Shown: positions 36,801-50,083 of the stretch, piece by piece
How the letters are laid out: each line of letters starts with the position of its first letter
How positions within the stretch are numbered: the stretch's first letter is position 1
Assembly: GCF_004010195.1 (NCBI RefSeq)
Contig: NC_057716.1
Location: 26,253,132-26,317,131, forward strand
Source of the DNA: Chiloscyllium plagiosum
Taxonomy: Eukaryota
Direction of reading: 5' to 3'
DNA: 64,000 bases
Program-made: the position numbers and the translations under genes
Notes under the pieces: model-generated
Told to the model about the DNA's origin: nothing
What the model saw: only the letters and a program-made list of their open reading frames with translations
Database searches by the model: none

Positions 36801-37779
36801 ACCCAGCATTCTGGGAGCACTTCTGTGCAAATTACAGAGGCAACTAGAATAAACTCTGTGTTGTGTCTTCTGTCAGATTTGGCAAAGGCAATCCAATTCA
36901 TGTCAAAATGGTTTATTTCAGGTAGTTTATTGCCAGCGCCTCTGCAACTTTCACTTTTGCATCCTGAGACGCATCTCATCCGGTCTCTGTGATTTATCAA
37001 CTATAAAGATCAACAGTATTTGCAATTATCAACCACCTTATCAATTTAAAACAATTCTAGTGACTGACTTTCCTTCTCTGTCATTGTGGCCTGGGCATAA
37101 TCTCGTATTATTTTGATGTTATTAATCACTGATTCTGTGTTCCAAGTATCTTACCAAGATAAAAGCAAAGAAAAACTGTATTTGGGTAGCTTCTTTCATT
37201 ACCTTTGGACGTCTCACATGAAGCCATTTTTGTTAAAAAGTGTAGTCTCGCTGAATGGAGATATCAATGTGTCACTGTAGGAAATATGGCAATGCTGTCC
37301 TTGCTTTAGACTCTTTGACCAGCTTATGAATTAAAATCACTTTACCGAAGTGCCCTTGTCAATGAAGTGGACAAAGGGACACAGAATTCAGTTTGTCATT
37401 CAACATGATTTTATTGACCAAATATTCCTTATTTAAAAACACCATGTAAGCATTTCCAAATTCACAAAATATTTGCTGTTTAGCTCAATCCATGTAAAAA
37501 AGGGATATTAGCCACAGCAATCCATGAAATCGAGCTGTGCTGGTGGGGAATGTCCATCCACTCTGGCGTAGGACTGGTTCTCTTGTATGAAGGTAGGTTT
37601 TGCAGGGCAGATCCTCTCTCTCGATTTGTCATGCTGTCTGTCACATGATTTCTGGCTCTGTCTGGCCCAGTCCAACACTGGCACCTCCACATCACAGATA
37701 CTCCTCAGCCACTGGCTGGGAGTCAAGGCACCTGGCTGTCTGTTCAAAACTTCTCCAATACACAGCCCTCATGCTGGTT

Positions 37780-37909
37780 ATGATTTGGAGATGTCGGTGT
37801 TGGACTGGGGTGTACAAAGTTAAAAATCACACAACACCAGGTTATAGTCCAACAGGTTTAATTGGAAGCACACTAGATTTCGGAGCGACGCTCCTTCATC
37901 AGGTGATTG
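37780..37909 (-). mobile_element. ~130-bp hammerhead-bearing short retroelement with 11-bp TSD
   Basis: Reverse complement of 37873-37902 = CTGATGA AGGAGC GTC GCTCC GAAA TCTAG; tcatgctggtt at 37769-37779 and 37910-37920. Confidence 0.8.
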
Positions 37910-38089
37910 TCATGCTGGTTGTAATTAATTCCCCTTGTAACCTGTTTGACCATGGGGTTTCCACTGTTCTTCGTCGCCAAAAGCTGCTGGCTGCTACTTA
38001 ATTTAGTTTAGTCAATTTTCTGTCAGGCCTGATTTCTCTGGCTGTGCATTAATTTGGAAGGTCCAATTTTGGGCCAGTGGTTGCTTGAT

Positions 38090-38385
38090 CACAACAGCCA
38101 GTTTTCACGTAGCAAACTCCCACTAAGTGTAATGAAGTAAAGATAATCTGTCTTTTTTAAAGTGATGTTTAGAATGATTCTTCATATCATGCCATCAGAT
38201 ACTTTATGCCCAGCTAAGGGGACTTCTGTTTAATGGGATATCTGAAAAATGGCACCTCCAACCATGCAGCAGTCCTGCAATATTCATTGGAGCATTAGCC
38301 TAGATTTTCAGTTCAACACTCGAGTGGGGCATCAACCCGTAACCTTCTGACTCTGGTGAATATGTTCCCACTGTGCCACAACTGA
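38090..38385 (-). mobile_element. DeuSINE (SacSINE1-like) remnant
   Basis: cagccagttttcacgtagcaaactccc...ggcacctccaaccatgcagcagtcc...aaccttctgactc. Confidence 0.55.
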
Positions 38386-38696
38386 TACCCTACGACTGAT
38401 CAGGTTATTGTGGCTATTTTTAAAATGTAAAGACACAACTTTTACATAATAATGAATGAGCAGGTTAATAGGTTAACACAGTTTGAGAACTTCCCTCTTC
38501 TGAAGACTAGAATGTCAGCTGGATTTGTGCTCCTCCAGAATTCTGTTATTTCTTCCCAGCTCAACCCCCTTCCCACTTATAACCTTGACATTTCCTGGTA
38601 TACAATGTCCATCTATGACCAGATTGCACCCTCAATCAATTCTCCTGTTTTCTCCTTCACCTTTTTATCTTTGTTCATGTACTTCCTTTCTTCTTG

Positions 38697-39175
38697 ATTT
38701 TGATTTTATTTAATACTCACATGTACCAAGAAACAATGAAAAGTTTTGTTTTGCGTGCTAACCAAACAATTCAGACCTTATATAAGTACATCAGGATAAT
38801 AAAACAGAATATAGAATGTAGTGTTGCAGGGAATGATCAACTCTAATAAATGAGAGGTCCGCTCATCAGTCTGAAACAGTGGGAAAGAAGCTGCTCTTAA
38901 ATCTGTTGGTATGTGTTTTCAATGCAAGGAAGGTTGTGATGGACTGGACTGCATTCACAACTCTGCAACTTCTTGTGGTCTTAGGCAGAACAGTTGAGTT
39001 AGCAAACTGTGATGCATCCAGATAAGTTGCTTTCTATGGTGCATCTGTGACAATTGGTAAGAGTCATTGTAGGCTTGCCAAATTTCCATAGCTTTCTGAG
39101 AAGTAGAGGCATTGGTGTGCTTTCTTGACTGTTGCGTCAACCAGGACAGATCATTGATATTTCCCTTTCGGAACT
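38697..39175 (-). mobile_element. Rex1/Babar 3' remnant
   Basis: gggaaagaagctgctcttaaatctgttgg; tgctttctatggtgcatctgt (FYRCTIES on the minus strand). Confidence 0.7.
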
Positions 39176-39513
39176 TCCCCCTCTGTTTCTCTTTCAGAGG
39201 CAGGATTCTGTTCAGTCAATCCATCCTATGCCAGTGTTCTTTAACTTAAAAATAGGAGAAAATATGACTGCTGGAAATTGTAGATGAAGCAGTTGTTTGT
39301 GGCTAGATCACTGATCTTTTCATTTCAGTTTCAAACCAAAGCATGCTGACTTCTGGTGATTGAACAGGTACTTAAAAGTCTTCCAATGTCTATTGAGCTA
39401 TTTCCTTTCTATCTTCCTTATCATTTTTCTAAACTAGCTTTCCAGCCATTACTACCTCTTACGAAGATTGACTCCTTGTTGAGGTGAGTTTCCACAACTG
39501 CAAGTCACCTTGC

Positions 39514-39610
39514 AGACCTGAAGAAGGGTTACATCTGAAACATTGACTTGTTCACCACCTGACGCTGCCAGGCTTGCTGTGTTCTTCCAGCCTCCTGCTT
39601 GTCTACCTTG
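39514..39610 (+). mobile_element. Short PLE-like repeat with hammerhead core (sense)
   Basis: CTGAAGA AGGGT TAC ATCT GAAA CATTGA followed by ...ctgacgctgccaggcttgctgtgttcttccagc. Confidence 0.65.
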
Positions 39611-40067
39611 TATGTTGGCTTGCAATCACAGCTGAGCAGAGTCTTGTGTACGTAGGTGAATTTCAGGCATGGGTACCAGTTAGTATTGAAGAGTGAGAGC
39701 CTTGCAGTTCCCCCCAATCTGCCCTTCAGCCTAATGCTCTGCCGTCACAATCATTCGTAACACGTTCAGTCCTGCCTAGCTAAGGTTATCTAGCAAACCA
39801 GAGCAGTGATCAGCTACTTTCTGGACCATTAGGATGCTCAAGATCAATCTTCAAACAAGAACCTGTGTAGATAAGTGGGGAATTGTGGGGAAAAGATGTG
39901 GCTGAGCTGAACCTTGCTTCTATCCACAGCATTGTCCATTTCAGCAAGGGTTACTTGATGGTGAGAGTCGGACCAAGGTCTGGGTACTGAAGCAGATTGC
40001 AACCTCTTTCTCTACCACCAGATTAACTAGCTGAGCAGAGGCTAGGTTAATATTGCTCAATGAAATT

Positions 40068-40404
40068 ATAGAATCCCGACAGTGTGGAAGCAGGCCATTT
40101 AGCCCATCGAGTCCACGAAATGGATCCCATCCATACCCACCCCATTACCCTATAACCCTGCATTTCCCATGGCTAATCCACCCCAGCCTCCACATCCTTG
40201 GACATTACAGGGCAACTTGGCATGGACAATTCCCCTAATCTGCACATCTTTGGGCTATAGATTGAACCCGAAGCACTTGGAAAGAGAACCCACGCAGACA
40301 CTGGGAGAATGTGCAAACTCCACACAGACAGTCACCTGAGGGTGAAATGGAATGCAGATCCCTGTTGCTTGAGGCAGCAGTGCTAACCACTGAGCCACCG
40401 TGCC
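40068..40404 (-). mobile_element. HE1-type V-SINE, diverged
   Basis: gaatgtgcaaactccacacagacagtcacc...ggcagcagtgctaaccactgagccaccgtgcc. Confidence 0.85.
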
Positions 40405-41044
40405 ATTCTGTGGAATAGGGAATGTGGCAATCATTCCGCTCTTTCTAACCAGCTCAGTCAAAAGTACCTTTTAAACAGACTGTGCATTGTCACTTCAAAA
40501 CTTTTTCTTTTTGTTGCATTTTAATTCGTGGAGGCTGTGAAAAAGCCAGGATGGAATAGGAGGTTACAATGGCTGGATTCTTGATTTCAATGTGTTTTTC
40601 TCCCTACACTTCAAGCAGGAGTAAGAGGACTGTTTCTCCAACAAGCTAGCCTCTTCATCAATCTCTTGTCAGGACCCACACCTTGTCCCATTCACTGAGA
40701 ACTACACCCCTCAACCCCTCCTGGCCGAGTGATGTCCGTTTATCACTTTCCCCTCCATCCACCCACACAGATTTGACTGAACTTTGTTTCTGGTTGGCTT
40801 CCTGACCACGTCAATTCCCAACAAGACTGTCAATTGAGTTGCTAATTAGACAGGAATCTTGTTAGAGAAAAGAAAGGTACAGGTCGACTTGCTACTAACT
40901 TCCGCAAAGGCCATACTTCCAAGTTCCATTCTGAAAATCCATATCCACCCTGTTCAGTCCCCTCTCATTACTGCTGTACCCCTAGATATCATTGAGAAAT
41001 ATTGGCAGCTGCTAATTTATACCTCAGCCCCTCTTCCATCATAT

Positions 41045-42900
41045 AGAACAAAGAACAAAGAAAATTTACAGCCCAGGAATAGGCCCTTTGGACCTCCAAG
41101 CCTGAGCCGATCCAAATCTACTGTCTAAACCTGTCGCCCAATTCCTAAGCATCTGTATCCCCCTGCTCCCCACCTCCTCGTGCATCTGTCCAGACGTATC
41201 TTAAATGAAACTACCGTGCCTGCCTCTACCACCTCTGCTGGCAACGCGTTCCAGACACCCACCACCCTCTGCACGAAGTACTTGCCGCGTGTATCCCCCT
41301 TAAACTTTTCACCTCTCACCTTGAAAGTGTGACCTCTTGTTATTGAATCCTTCACCCTGGGGAAAAGCTTATCTCTATCCACCCTGTTGATACCCTTCAT
41401 GATTTTGTAAACCTCAAACAGGTCCCCCCTCAATCTCCTTTTTTCTAATGAAAACAAACCTAACCTACTCAATCTGTCTTCATAGCTAGCACCTTCCATA
41501 CCAGGAAACATCCTCGTAAATCTTCTCTGCAATCTCTCCAAAGCATCCAGATCCTTTTGGTAATGTGGCAACCAGAACTGGACACAGTATTCTAAATGCG
41601 GCCGAACCAACCTCTTGTACAATTTTAACATGACCTGCTAGCTCTTATACTCAATACCCTATCCAATGAAGGCAAGCATGCCATATGCCTTCTTGACCAC
41701 TCTATCCACCTGTGTAGCAACCTTCAGGGTACAATGGACCTGCACTCCCAGATCTCTCTGCTCATCAACTTTTCCAAAGGCTCTTCCGTTCGCTGTATAA
41801 AAAAAGCTCTAGAATTAGACTGGTCTAAATGCATCACCTCACATTTGTCTGCCACTTCTCTGCCCAACTCTCCAGTCTATCTATATTCTCCTGGATTCTT
41901 TGACAGTCCCTTATGCTTTCTGCTATTTCCCAATCTTCTGCATCTGCAAACTTATGTCTATCACAAACATCAGTGGTCCCAGCACTAATCCCTATGGAAC
42001 ACGACTGGTCACCTTTCTCCATTTCGAGAAACTCCCTTTAACTACTACTTTCTGTCTCCTGTTGCTCAACCAGTACTTTATCCACTTAGCTAGAACACCC
42101 TGCACACCATGTGACTTCACTTTCCTATTAGTTTACCACTGGGAACCTTATCAAACGCCTTACTAAAGCCCATGAATGTGACATCAACAGCCCTTCCTTC
42201 ATCCATCAACTTGGTCACTTCCTCAAAGAACTCTATTAAGTTGAAAGGCACGATCTCCCCCACACAAAATGATGTTGCCTATCGCTGATAAGCCCATTCT
42301 TTTCTAAATATAAATAGATCCTATCCCTCAGCACCTTCTCCAGCAACTTTCCCACCACTGATGTCAGGCTCACAGGTCTGTAGTTACCAGGAATATCCCT
42401 ACTACCCTTCTTGTACAGGGGTACAACATGAGCAACCTTCCAGTGCTCCGGCACCTCACCTGTGTTTAAGGGTGCCGTAAAGATATCTGTCAGGGCCCCA
42501 GCTATTTCCTCTCTTGCCTCCCTCAGCAACCTGGGAGAGATCCAATCTGGTCCTGGGGATTTGTCCACCTTAATAACCTCTAGCATACCCAACACATCTT
42601 CCCTACTTCTCTAATCTCAACATTCATCATGTTCCTCTCTTCAGTGAACACTGATGCAAAGTAATCATTCAGAATCTCACCCATTCTCTCAGGTTCGACA
42701 CGTAGCCTTCCTTCATTATCCTTTAGTGGACCAGTGCTTTCTCTAGTGACCCGCTTGCTTCTTATATAAGAATAAAATGCTTTGGGATTCTCCTTAATTC
42801 TGCTCGCTAAAGCTATTTCATGACCCCTTTTAGCCCGCTTGATTCCTCATTTAAGATTGGTCCTATTCTTCCAATATTCCTCCAGGGCCCATTCTGGTCT
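41045..42900 (-). mobile_element. CR1 (HER1-like) LINE, 5'-truncated with internal deletions
   Basis: ORFs 42236..42595 (KSPGPD.ISPRLLRE...GNYRPVSLTSVVGKLLE), KFADA, 41125..41631 (LYKRLVRPHLEYCVQFW...RGHTFKVRG); tail (AGAACAA)n. Confidence 0.92.
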
Positions 42901-44148
42901 TAGACCATCTTCATCCCCGACAGAAAACCTTTGTTCTCTCAGTACTTTGTGACACAGATCATTAAAGATTTACTGGCAAGGTTTGTTTTAACAAGAGGAA
43001 TGTTCACTTTAGAAAGTGAAATGACTTTTATTTTATATAAACGTTTATTAACTTCTGATGAGGAAGCCTTTTATTTTCAGTGCAGCTCATTTGTAGATTT
43101 CTTAAGTAAAGCAAAAGGATTTTCTAAGTTTTTATACATTAAAAAATATAAAAGTCCTGCTTGCTACTGTGGAGACAGAATCCCTTGGTGCATTCATGGT
43201 GTAGTTACAATATTAAAGGCTCAAGTAATATAGTTGTCAGTGCCAACACTGCAATATAAGCCAGCTACATTATTGCTAATTATTCGTTTTCTTCTATTTT
43301 ATTGACATAATAAAATTGCCTGGGGTTTTTTTAATCTCTGCTGTAAATTTGAGTTGATGCTTTGGGCTGCAAGCTCTGTATTCAATTTTCCCGATGGTGA
43401 CTGGACCAAAACAATAAATAGACCATTGCAAGCCAGTCGAAACAGAGCCTTGTGTCTATCCTCTGATTAAATCAGACAGTAATGAATGATTATTGTTGTG
43501 AACAATATGCAGCTCAACAATAAATTTGATCATGATGAGAGCCAGAAAGCTGTTGTCTAAACCCAAAATTAACAAGTGCTTCAGAATGTGAATATCGACT
43601 TATTGAGGAGTTGTTGGCTTACTTTCTCTTCCTTATGTTTTTCTTGCTGTGTGGGATACTGCAGTAGGCCCTTATTTGCATCTGGTCTGTGGGTTCAATT
43701 TACATCAAATTGATGTGTCTTACAGCTGCAGTACACTACAGGGAGCAGTCTCGTCAGTTTGGCATTAACTAAAGGCGTATTTTTTTCACTGGCTAACGAC
43801 GTGAGTTTGAAAGCTTTCAAGAAATCATGCCACTTGTCAGGAATAACAAAGTTCAAATCTATTTCCAGTTCTTGAGAATTTTAAAATGCTAATCGCTGAA
43901 TGCATTGTGCAATCGTGAACTTTCCATACAGTCACCTGGACAAAGATTCCTTGCTCTGAGTGGAGTTCCTGTTTTCTCAGGGTATTTTTTGCTCATGTCT
44001 AATTACATGGATTTGTGCCTTCCTCTGGGTAAGGGTGGCACTGTGGATTCATTGTTTTATTGAATGGAGGATGATTTATTAGATGAATGACCAGGGAGAG
44101 ATCATGCTTGTTCACCATAACAAAGACTTCCAATTCTAACCCTGTCTC

Positions 44149-44252
44149 GTGATGTGGAGGAGCCGGTGTTGGATTGAGCTGGACAAAGTTAAAAAGCTTC
44201 CAAATAAACCTGTTGGACTATAACCTGGTGTTGTGTGATTTTTAACTTTGTC
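44149..44252. mobile_element. Inverted fragment pair of the 37780 repeat family
   Basis: tgatgtggaggagccggtgttgga...acaaagttaaaaa followed by the reverse-complement arm ...ctggtgttgtgtgatttttaactttgt. Confidence 0.65.
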
Positions 44253-44341
44253 AACCCTGTATCAGACAGTTCTCATCTGAACTTTTGTTATTTCCGCACT
44301 TGACTCTTGCAGTGCTGTCCTGGCCAGTTTCCCACTTTACA

Positions 44342-44432
44342 CATTCCTGAAGAAGGGCTAATGCCTGAAACGTCGATTCTCCTGTTCCCTAGATGCTGCC
44401 TGACCTGCTGCGCTTTTCCAGCAACACATTTC
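44342..44432 (+). mobile_element. Short PLE-like repeat with intact hammerhead core (sense)
   Basis: attc CTGAAGA AGGGC TAAT GCCT GAAA CGTC gatt...gatgctgcctgacctgctgcgcttttccagc. Confidence 0.78.
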
Positions 44433-44961
44433 CAACCCTCCAGTAAACCTCAGTTCATTCAAAAGTCTACTGTCTTCATCTCCATTCATGAACAACCCTT
44501 TAACATTATTTGAAAATGAGCAGGTAATTCCCTTGCTCTGGATAGCATTCCTCACTTAAACAGCGCTGCCCAGAAGATAGATTCACTTGTTATTCATCTC
44601 ATAGCCTTTTGTGACACTGTGGGTTGTGCAAAAATGGCTTGTGCATGCCCACAATAACATCGATAATTATTCCTCAAAAAGTAAGTAATTGGATATACCA
44701 CCTTACTCTGTAAAAGGTGTTGCATTACTACTATTGCTTTGATATGAAGTGCTTCAGAATATAATGGGTGACGTGATCAGATGATTTATGATTTTTTTTA
44801 TATAATGCATCAACAGCTTGAAATTATATAAGAGTGTTATCAAACATGTAAGAGATGTTAGTGCAGGGATAGATTCTAAGGAATGCCTTCAAGGGCAAGA
44901 AAGAGCAAAGTGATGTTTAGCGAGACATTCCAGAGTTTTGGTTGAAGGAGGCCCAGCTGAC

Positions 44962-45521
44962 CATAGGAGGAAAGATGTTGTGAAACTTGAAAGGGTTCAG
45001 AAAAGATTTACAAGGATGTTGCCAGGGTTGGAGGATTTTAGTTATAGGGAGAGGCTGAATAGGCTGGGGCTGTTTTCCCTGGAGCGTCGGAGGCTGAGAG
45101 GTGACCTTATAGAGGTTTACAAAATTGAGGGGAATGGATAGGGTAAATAGACAAAGTCTTTTCCCTGAGGTTAGGGGAGTCCAGAATTAGAGGGCATAAG
45201 TTTAGGGTGAGAGGGGAAAGACATAAAAGAGACCCGAATTAGAGGACATAAGTTTAGGGTGAGAGGGGAAAGACATAAAAGAGACCCGAGGGGTCTCTTT
45301 TCACGCAGAGGGTGGTACGTGTATGGAATGAGCTGCCAGAGGAAGTGGTGGAGGCTGGTACAATTGCAACATTTGGGTGGGTATATGAATAGGAAGTGTT
45401 TCGAGGGTAATGGGCCAGGTGTTGGCAGGTGGACTAGATTGGGTTGGGATATCTGGTTGGCATGGACGTGTTGGACCGAAGGGTATGTTTCCGTGCTGTA
45501 CATCTCTATGACTCTATGACT
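44962..45521 (+). mobile_element. CR1 LINE 3' end with internal 52-bp tandem duplication
   Basis: RKDVVKLERVQKRFTRMLPGLE...RRLRGDLIEVYKI; tail (CTATGACT)n; duplicated 45184-45235/45236-45287. Confidence 0.9.
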
Positions 45522-45754
45522 AGAAATGAAGGAAAATGCACGGTTGGGATCGAGGACCTTTCAGAAGTGGGGAGGTAATGAGGTGCTGGATAATAAGCAC
45601 TCTATCTCAGGGACTACCTTCGCCATTTCATCAAACTTGTAAAATTATGTTAAATGAGCCAAATATCATAGAGCAGATTACATTTGTGTGAAATGCCCTG
45701 ATTTGAAACTACTGGTTAAGTACTGCTTTAATTTTAAGATTGTCATAGTTATTT

Positions 45755-45890
45755 GCAAATCTCACCATGGCCTGGCCCTCCCTATCCCTGTAATCCCCTC
45801 AGCCTATAACCTCCTGAAATACTTGCACTTTGTCTAATTCTGGCTGCTTGAACAATGAAGGCACTATGTAAATGCAATTCGTTGAAGTTG
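45755..45890 (+). mobile_element. L2 LINE 3' remnant
   Basis: catggcctggccctccctatccctgtaatcccctcagcctataac (HGLAPPYL..L.PY-like); tail ggcactatgtaaatgcaattcgttg. Confidence 0.5.
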
Positions 45891-47689
45891 TTTCATCACA
45901 TCTGTTGTAGTCAGCTAGACTGCAGTAGATGTAGTAATTTTAAATTCTTACACAAGAACCTTTGCATTCTTATTGCACAACATGATACTGTCTTGCACAG
46001 TGATCACTTAAGGCAAACCAGACCTGAGACTGATACAAAAGTAACAAGTCAAACTTGTGCCACTTGACAATGTGACCCTTGTCTCTAAAGGCCGTCTGGC
46101 TACAGTTGGAATCTTTATGATAAAAAGAATATTTTTTCTATCTCAAGTTTGACACCTCTCTGCAACAGCACACTTCGCATCAAGATAGATCTATTAATAA
46201 GATGCAATTATAAGACAGCGCGACCTTATCAGACCACCTCCTTTGCCCCTTATTGCATTTAGTTTCTATGGCCCTTGTTAAATAATGAGCTGTATGAAGC
46301 AAGTGTGAAGGAATTTTGTTTTCTGTTGGAGGCCAAGCCTTTTTTTTTGTATAATAGCGTTCTTAGTTTTTTTTTAATGAGTTCCTTAATCATCCTGGTC
46401 CGAACAGCATTGAGCAGAGTGTTGCAAGTTCTAAATAGCACATTAAAAGTGCCAGCTTCTCATCATAACAAGGGAGTAACTACAGTACTTGCTGATACTG
46501 GAACAGCACAATAATTCACTTTTCTTAGTCAACTCACTAAAATGCCACTACAAACTGAGCCAAATAGCATCCCACTACAACAACATTTCATCACTGAACA
46601 TTGAACATAGAACAGTACGCACAGGAACAGGCCCTTTGGCCCAGATGTTGTGCCGAACATGATGTCACGTTAAACTAATTCTTTCTGCCTCCATTCCTCC
46701 ATTCCTTATTCATGTGTTTATTTAAAAGCCCCTTAATCACCCCTATCATATCTCACTACACCACCACCCTTGGCAGCACTGAATGCCTCAAAAGCCCACT
46801 GACAATCGGCCCCATTCCTTGTAACACATGCATATGTCAGCTGTTGGTTTCAGTGAAGGTGACCGTGCGTGGATTCATGTTGGAGCTCTTTAGCTACGTG
46901 TTCCTTCATCATAGCCTTATCTGCACTGAGGTCACTCTGGAGAAAGAGCACTGCGTGGCGATTGACATGCTTAAGGCCATGACCACAGGAACCAGATAAA
47001 TTGTATCGTGGATGCCAGCAGCAATGTTATTATTTAAGTTTATAAGTTATCAATGCCTATTGTTTTACTAAGGAAAGGCAATCCAGGTAATTTTAAGATA
47101 GTAGAGTATGTTTGTTAACTTTAGCACTCAGAGACCAGTTAGTATTTCTTGAGAAAGTTCAACTGCATTTTCAGGTGCCCATTGCTTATAGTTTCAGTCA
47201 TATGTTCAGCTCTTTGTCTTATCAAATACTGAAAAAACTGAAGATCTTGCATTAAATTTGATCTTTTGGGACTCTCAGAAATATTGTAAAGGTAATGAAG
47301 CAATGTCTACCTGTGTACGACAAAATCTGGGCAAAATCCAAGCTTGGGGTAATAAGTGTCAGTAGATATATGGGAACACCATCAGTTGCAGGTTCCTCTC
47401 TTGGTCCTTTACCATCCTGACTTGGAAATACCAGTTTATCACTTGTCTAACCGCATTGTGGGAGCACCTTCACCACTTGGACTTCTTCAGTTTAAGAAGA
47501 CTTCAATTTAAGAAATAGGTGCCTGAAGATGTGCTTGATCTTTCTCGAGATATTAACTAGTCGCTGAGCACTGAAGGCAACAACCATACTCTACTATCTT
47601 AACATTATGTTCTTGAGGGCAATAAGGGATGGGCAGTAAATGCTGGCCCTAACACCACAATCCCACCTGTGAGTAGAGAAAATAAGTAC

Positions 47690-48065
47690 TTGACAAAGTG
47701 TAGTTAGTCTGTAATGCAGGAAATATGTAAAACGATTTGCAAAGAGCAAGACTCCATATATAACAGTATGATACGGATGGACAACTTGTTTTAGCAATGT
47801 TAATTGAGGGTTGCATTTTGAGTTTGGTACTGAGGAGAACTCCTGTGCTGTACTTTGAAGAATGACAAAGAATCTTTGCATCCACCTAAGAACGCCCCAG
47901 TTTAACATGTCTTCTGAGCAATAGTATTCTAACAATGTAGCACTCCCTTGCCAATACACTGGGGTGTCAGCCTGGAATCTCACCTTACGCCTCTGCAGTA
48001 GGGATTTGAAACCAGAGCCTGCTGACTGGTGAGGTGAGAGGGCTAAATACTGAGCCGCAGCTGAT
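47690..48065 (-). mobile_element. DeuSINE (SacSINE1-like) remnant
   Basis: tgtaatgcaggaaat...atctttgcatccacctaaga...gtagcactcccttgccaatacactggggtgtcagcct. Confidence 0.6.
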
Positions 48066-50083
48066 GTCTGCAGACATCCTGATTCTCAAATAATGTGTGG
48101 GATTTCTTTCTATTTGCTTCGAACATTTCTGCTGATTGGTTATAAAACTGTAGAATGGTGGAGGTTGGGACATTTGAAAATCATCCCATTATTTGGTGCT
48201 GAGTCTTTTCTATTTCCAGATGTTTTGGGAAGGTGAATATATTGGTCAGTCTACAGTAAGAGCATGGTGAGGGTCATATGGAGGAAGTGGGCCAAGGGAC
48301 AAAGCTCTAGGAATGTATTAAGCCAGAGTTGGCAGCTCTCAAGCCACGTGGCTTCAGCATATCCTAATTTTGATGAGGAAACTGAAGAATTAATAGATCG
48401 GTTTGAATCATGACTTCTCTTAATGGTAGTCACAAAGATGTTTGTTATCTAGGTTATCTCGCCTCTCAACAAAAGAAAGGCATTTAATAATTACGAAGAA
48501 ACCATTGAAACGAAATTTGGGCGTGAAAAGATAATCCTTGTCCTAAAGATTCTTTTGAAAACTCAACCATTCAGTACAAATTATAATCATGTCTAGCACT
48601 CTTTTGTTTAGTCCGTTTCAGTTCATTGTTATTTAAAGAGCAAGAGTTGATGCCATTTTCTGGGTTATTGAGCTGAAATTGTAAGGAAGATGAATTAACA
48701 CATGCCACTGATGCTGAGGTAATGACTCCCAGGCTGATGATAATCTAGTTCTTTTACACCAATAAAGTCAGTAAGCCATTCAAGCCAGTACCCTGATATC
48801 ATCAGCTGCATTGCCTGAGCAGAAATTATTCATAATTGAATGGAACAAAACAATGGGATGTGAATCTTATTAATTATTAAGAAGCTGTTTCGGTTTTTTA
48901 AAAATGATTTCCTGATGGTGAAAGTCCTTCCTTAAATAAATTATGTTTCTTTGACTGTAAAGATTCTTTTTAACCTGCCTTATCCATGCTTTAACATGTT
49001 GATTGAAGGTGGGTATGGTTGCTGATGGATTGGATTCTAACCGGTTGAGGAATTGATTTCTCACAGACATTGGCTAGAAAGTTTAGTGGTGGGGGTGCAT
49101 TTAATTAGCTGGGTGGTTGGTCGAAAGGAACGTCTCCACCAACTTGGGTCAAGAGCAGGAAGACCCATGGATGACTTTCTTGCCCCGACACTAATTGAGG
49201 TACGTAATTTAATGCCCCCTTAAAACTGTCTCTGGCATTAACTCAGTGATGGGCAGAGAACTTGCCATGCAGAGAGCACAAAAAGCAAGTCCGTCTGGAG
49301 TAATATCTGTTCCCCTGGAGGAGGTCCTCCATTAAAAGGCCTGATAAAGTGACTTGGCGTTGAGAAGAGGAGGTCTAGACGTGCCGAGAGCTAATGTCTG
49401 GCTTTCCTGCTGGCCCTCACTTCCTGTGCAGCCCACCAATCAATTTATCTCATTTGCCATCATCTGTCTCTGACCTGGGATCCAATGGCAATCCCAGGCC
49501 CCTGTGGATGTCATGCCAACATTAAGCATCACCTTCTCAGTGATGCTGTGACTCCATAGGAGTCTGCGAAACCTTCAACCTGGGGTTGGCCTCAGTGGGA
49601 GATAATGCTGAAGGCCTTTTCAGGTGGTTTGACCATGCTGGGCTCTATAGTCTCCTTGATTCCGCCACCTGCCCATCCTCCATTCCCCACAAAGATTTTT
49701 CTCCACAAGGTTCTGACAGATTATTCTGCTCGTTTCAAAAGAGCACTCTTAATGAATGCCATTACTATTGTTAATATTATGATCGTGCAGAATTGACAGC
49801 CAGAAAAGACCAATTAATTCAGCCGTTCTGCGGCACAGCTTAATGGTTAGTGCATCTTGACTGGTTATTTCCCTTTGGTTCTCCGCCATACTTCCCAAAC
49901 TCCTGCAATGAGACAATCGAGACCTTTGGTGTGACTTAGAAGCACCATATGCTGTCTTCCAGTAAAAAAAAGAGGAGGGGTTACCTTTGAGCTTTGTTGG
50001 TACTGTTGCAATGTAGGAGTTTAGCAGTCAAATTTTCAAGTATGCAGCACACTCATCCAAACAAACAACAACATGACAACGTC

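Noticed and set aside
47594-47983. 129-aa minus-strand ORF
   Set aside because: Overlaps a DeuSINE remnant; no protein signature.
49075-49900. Possible Harbinger-type MITE
   Set aside because: Resembles shark DNA-transposon repeats, but I could not define TIRs or a TSD.
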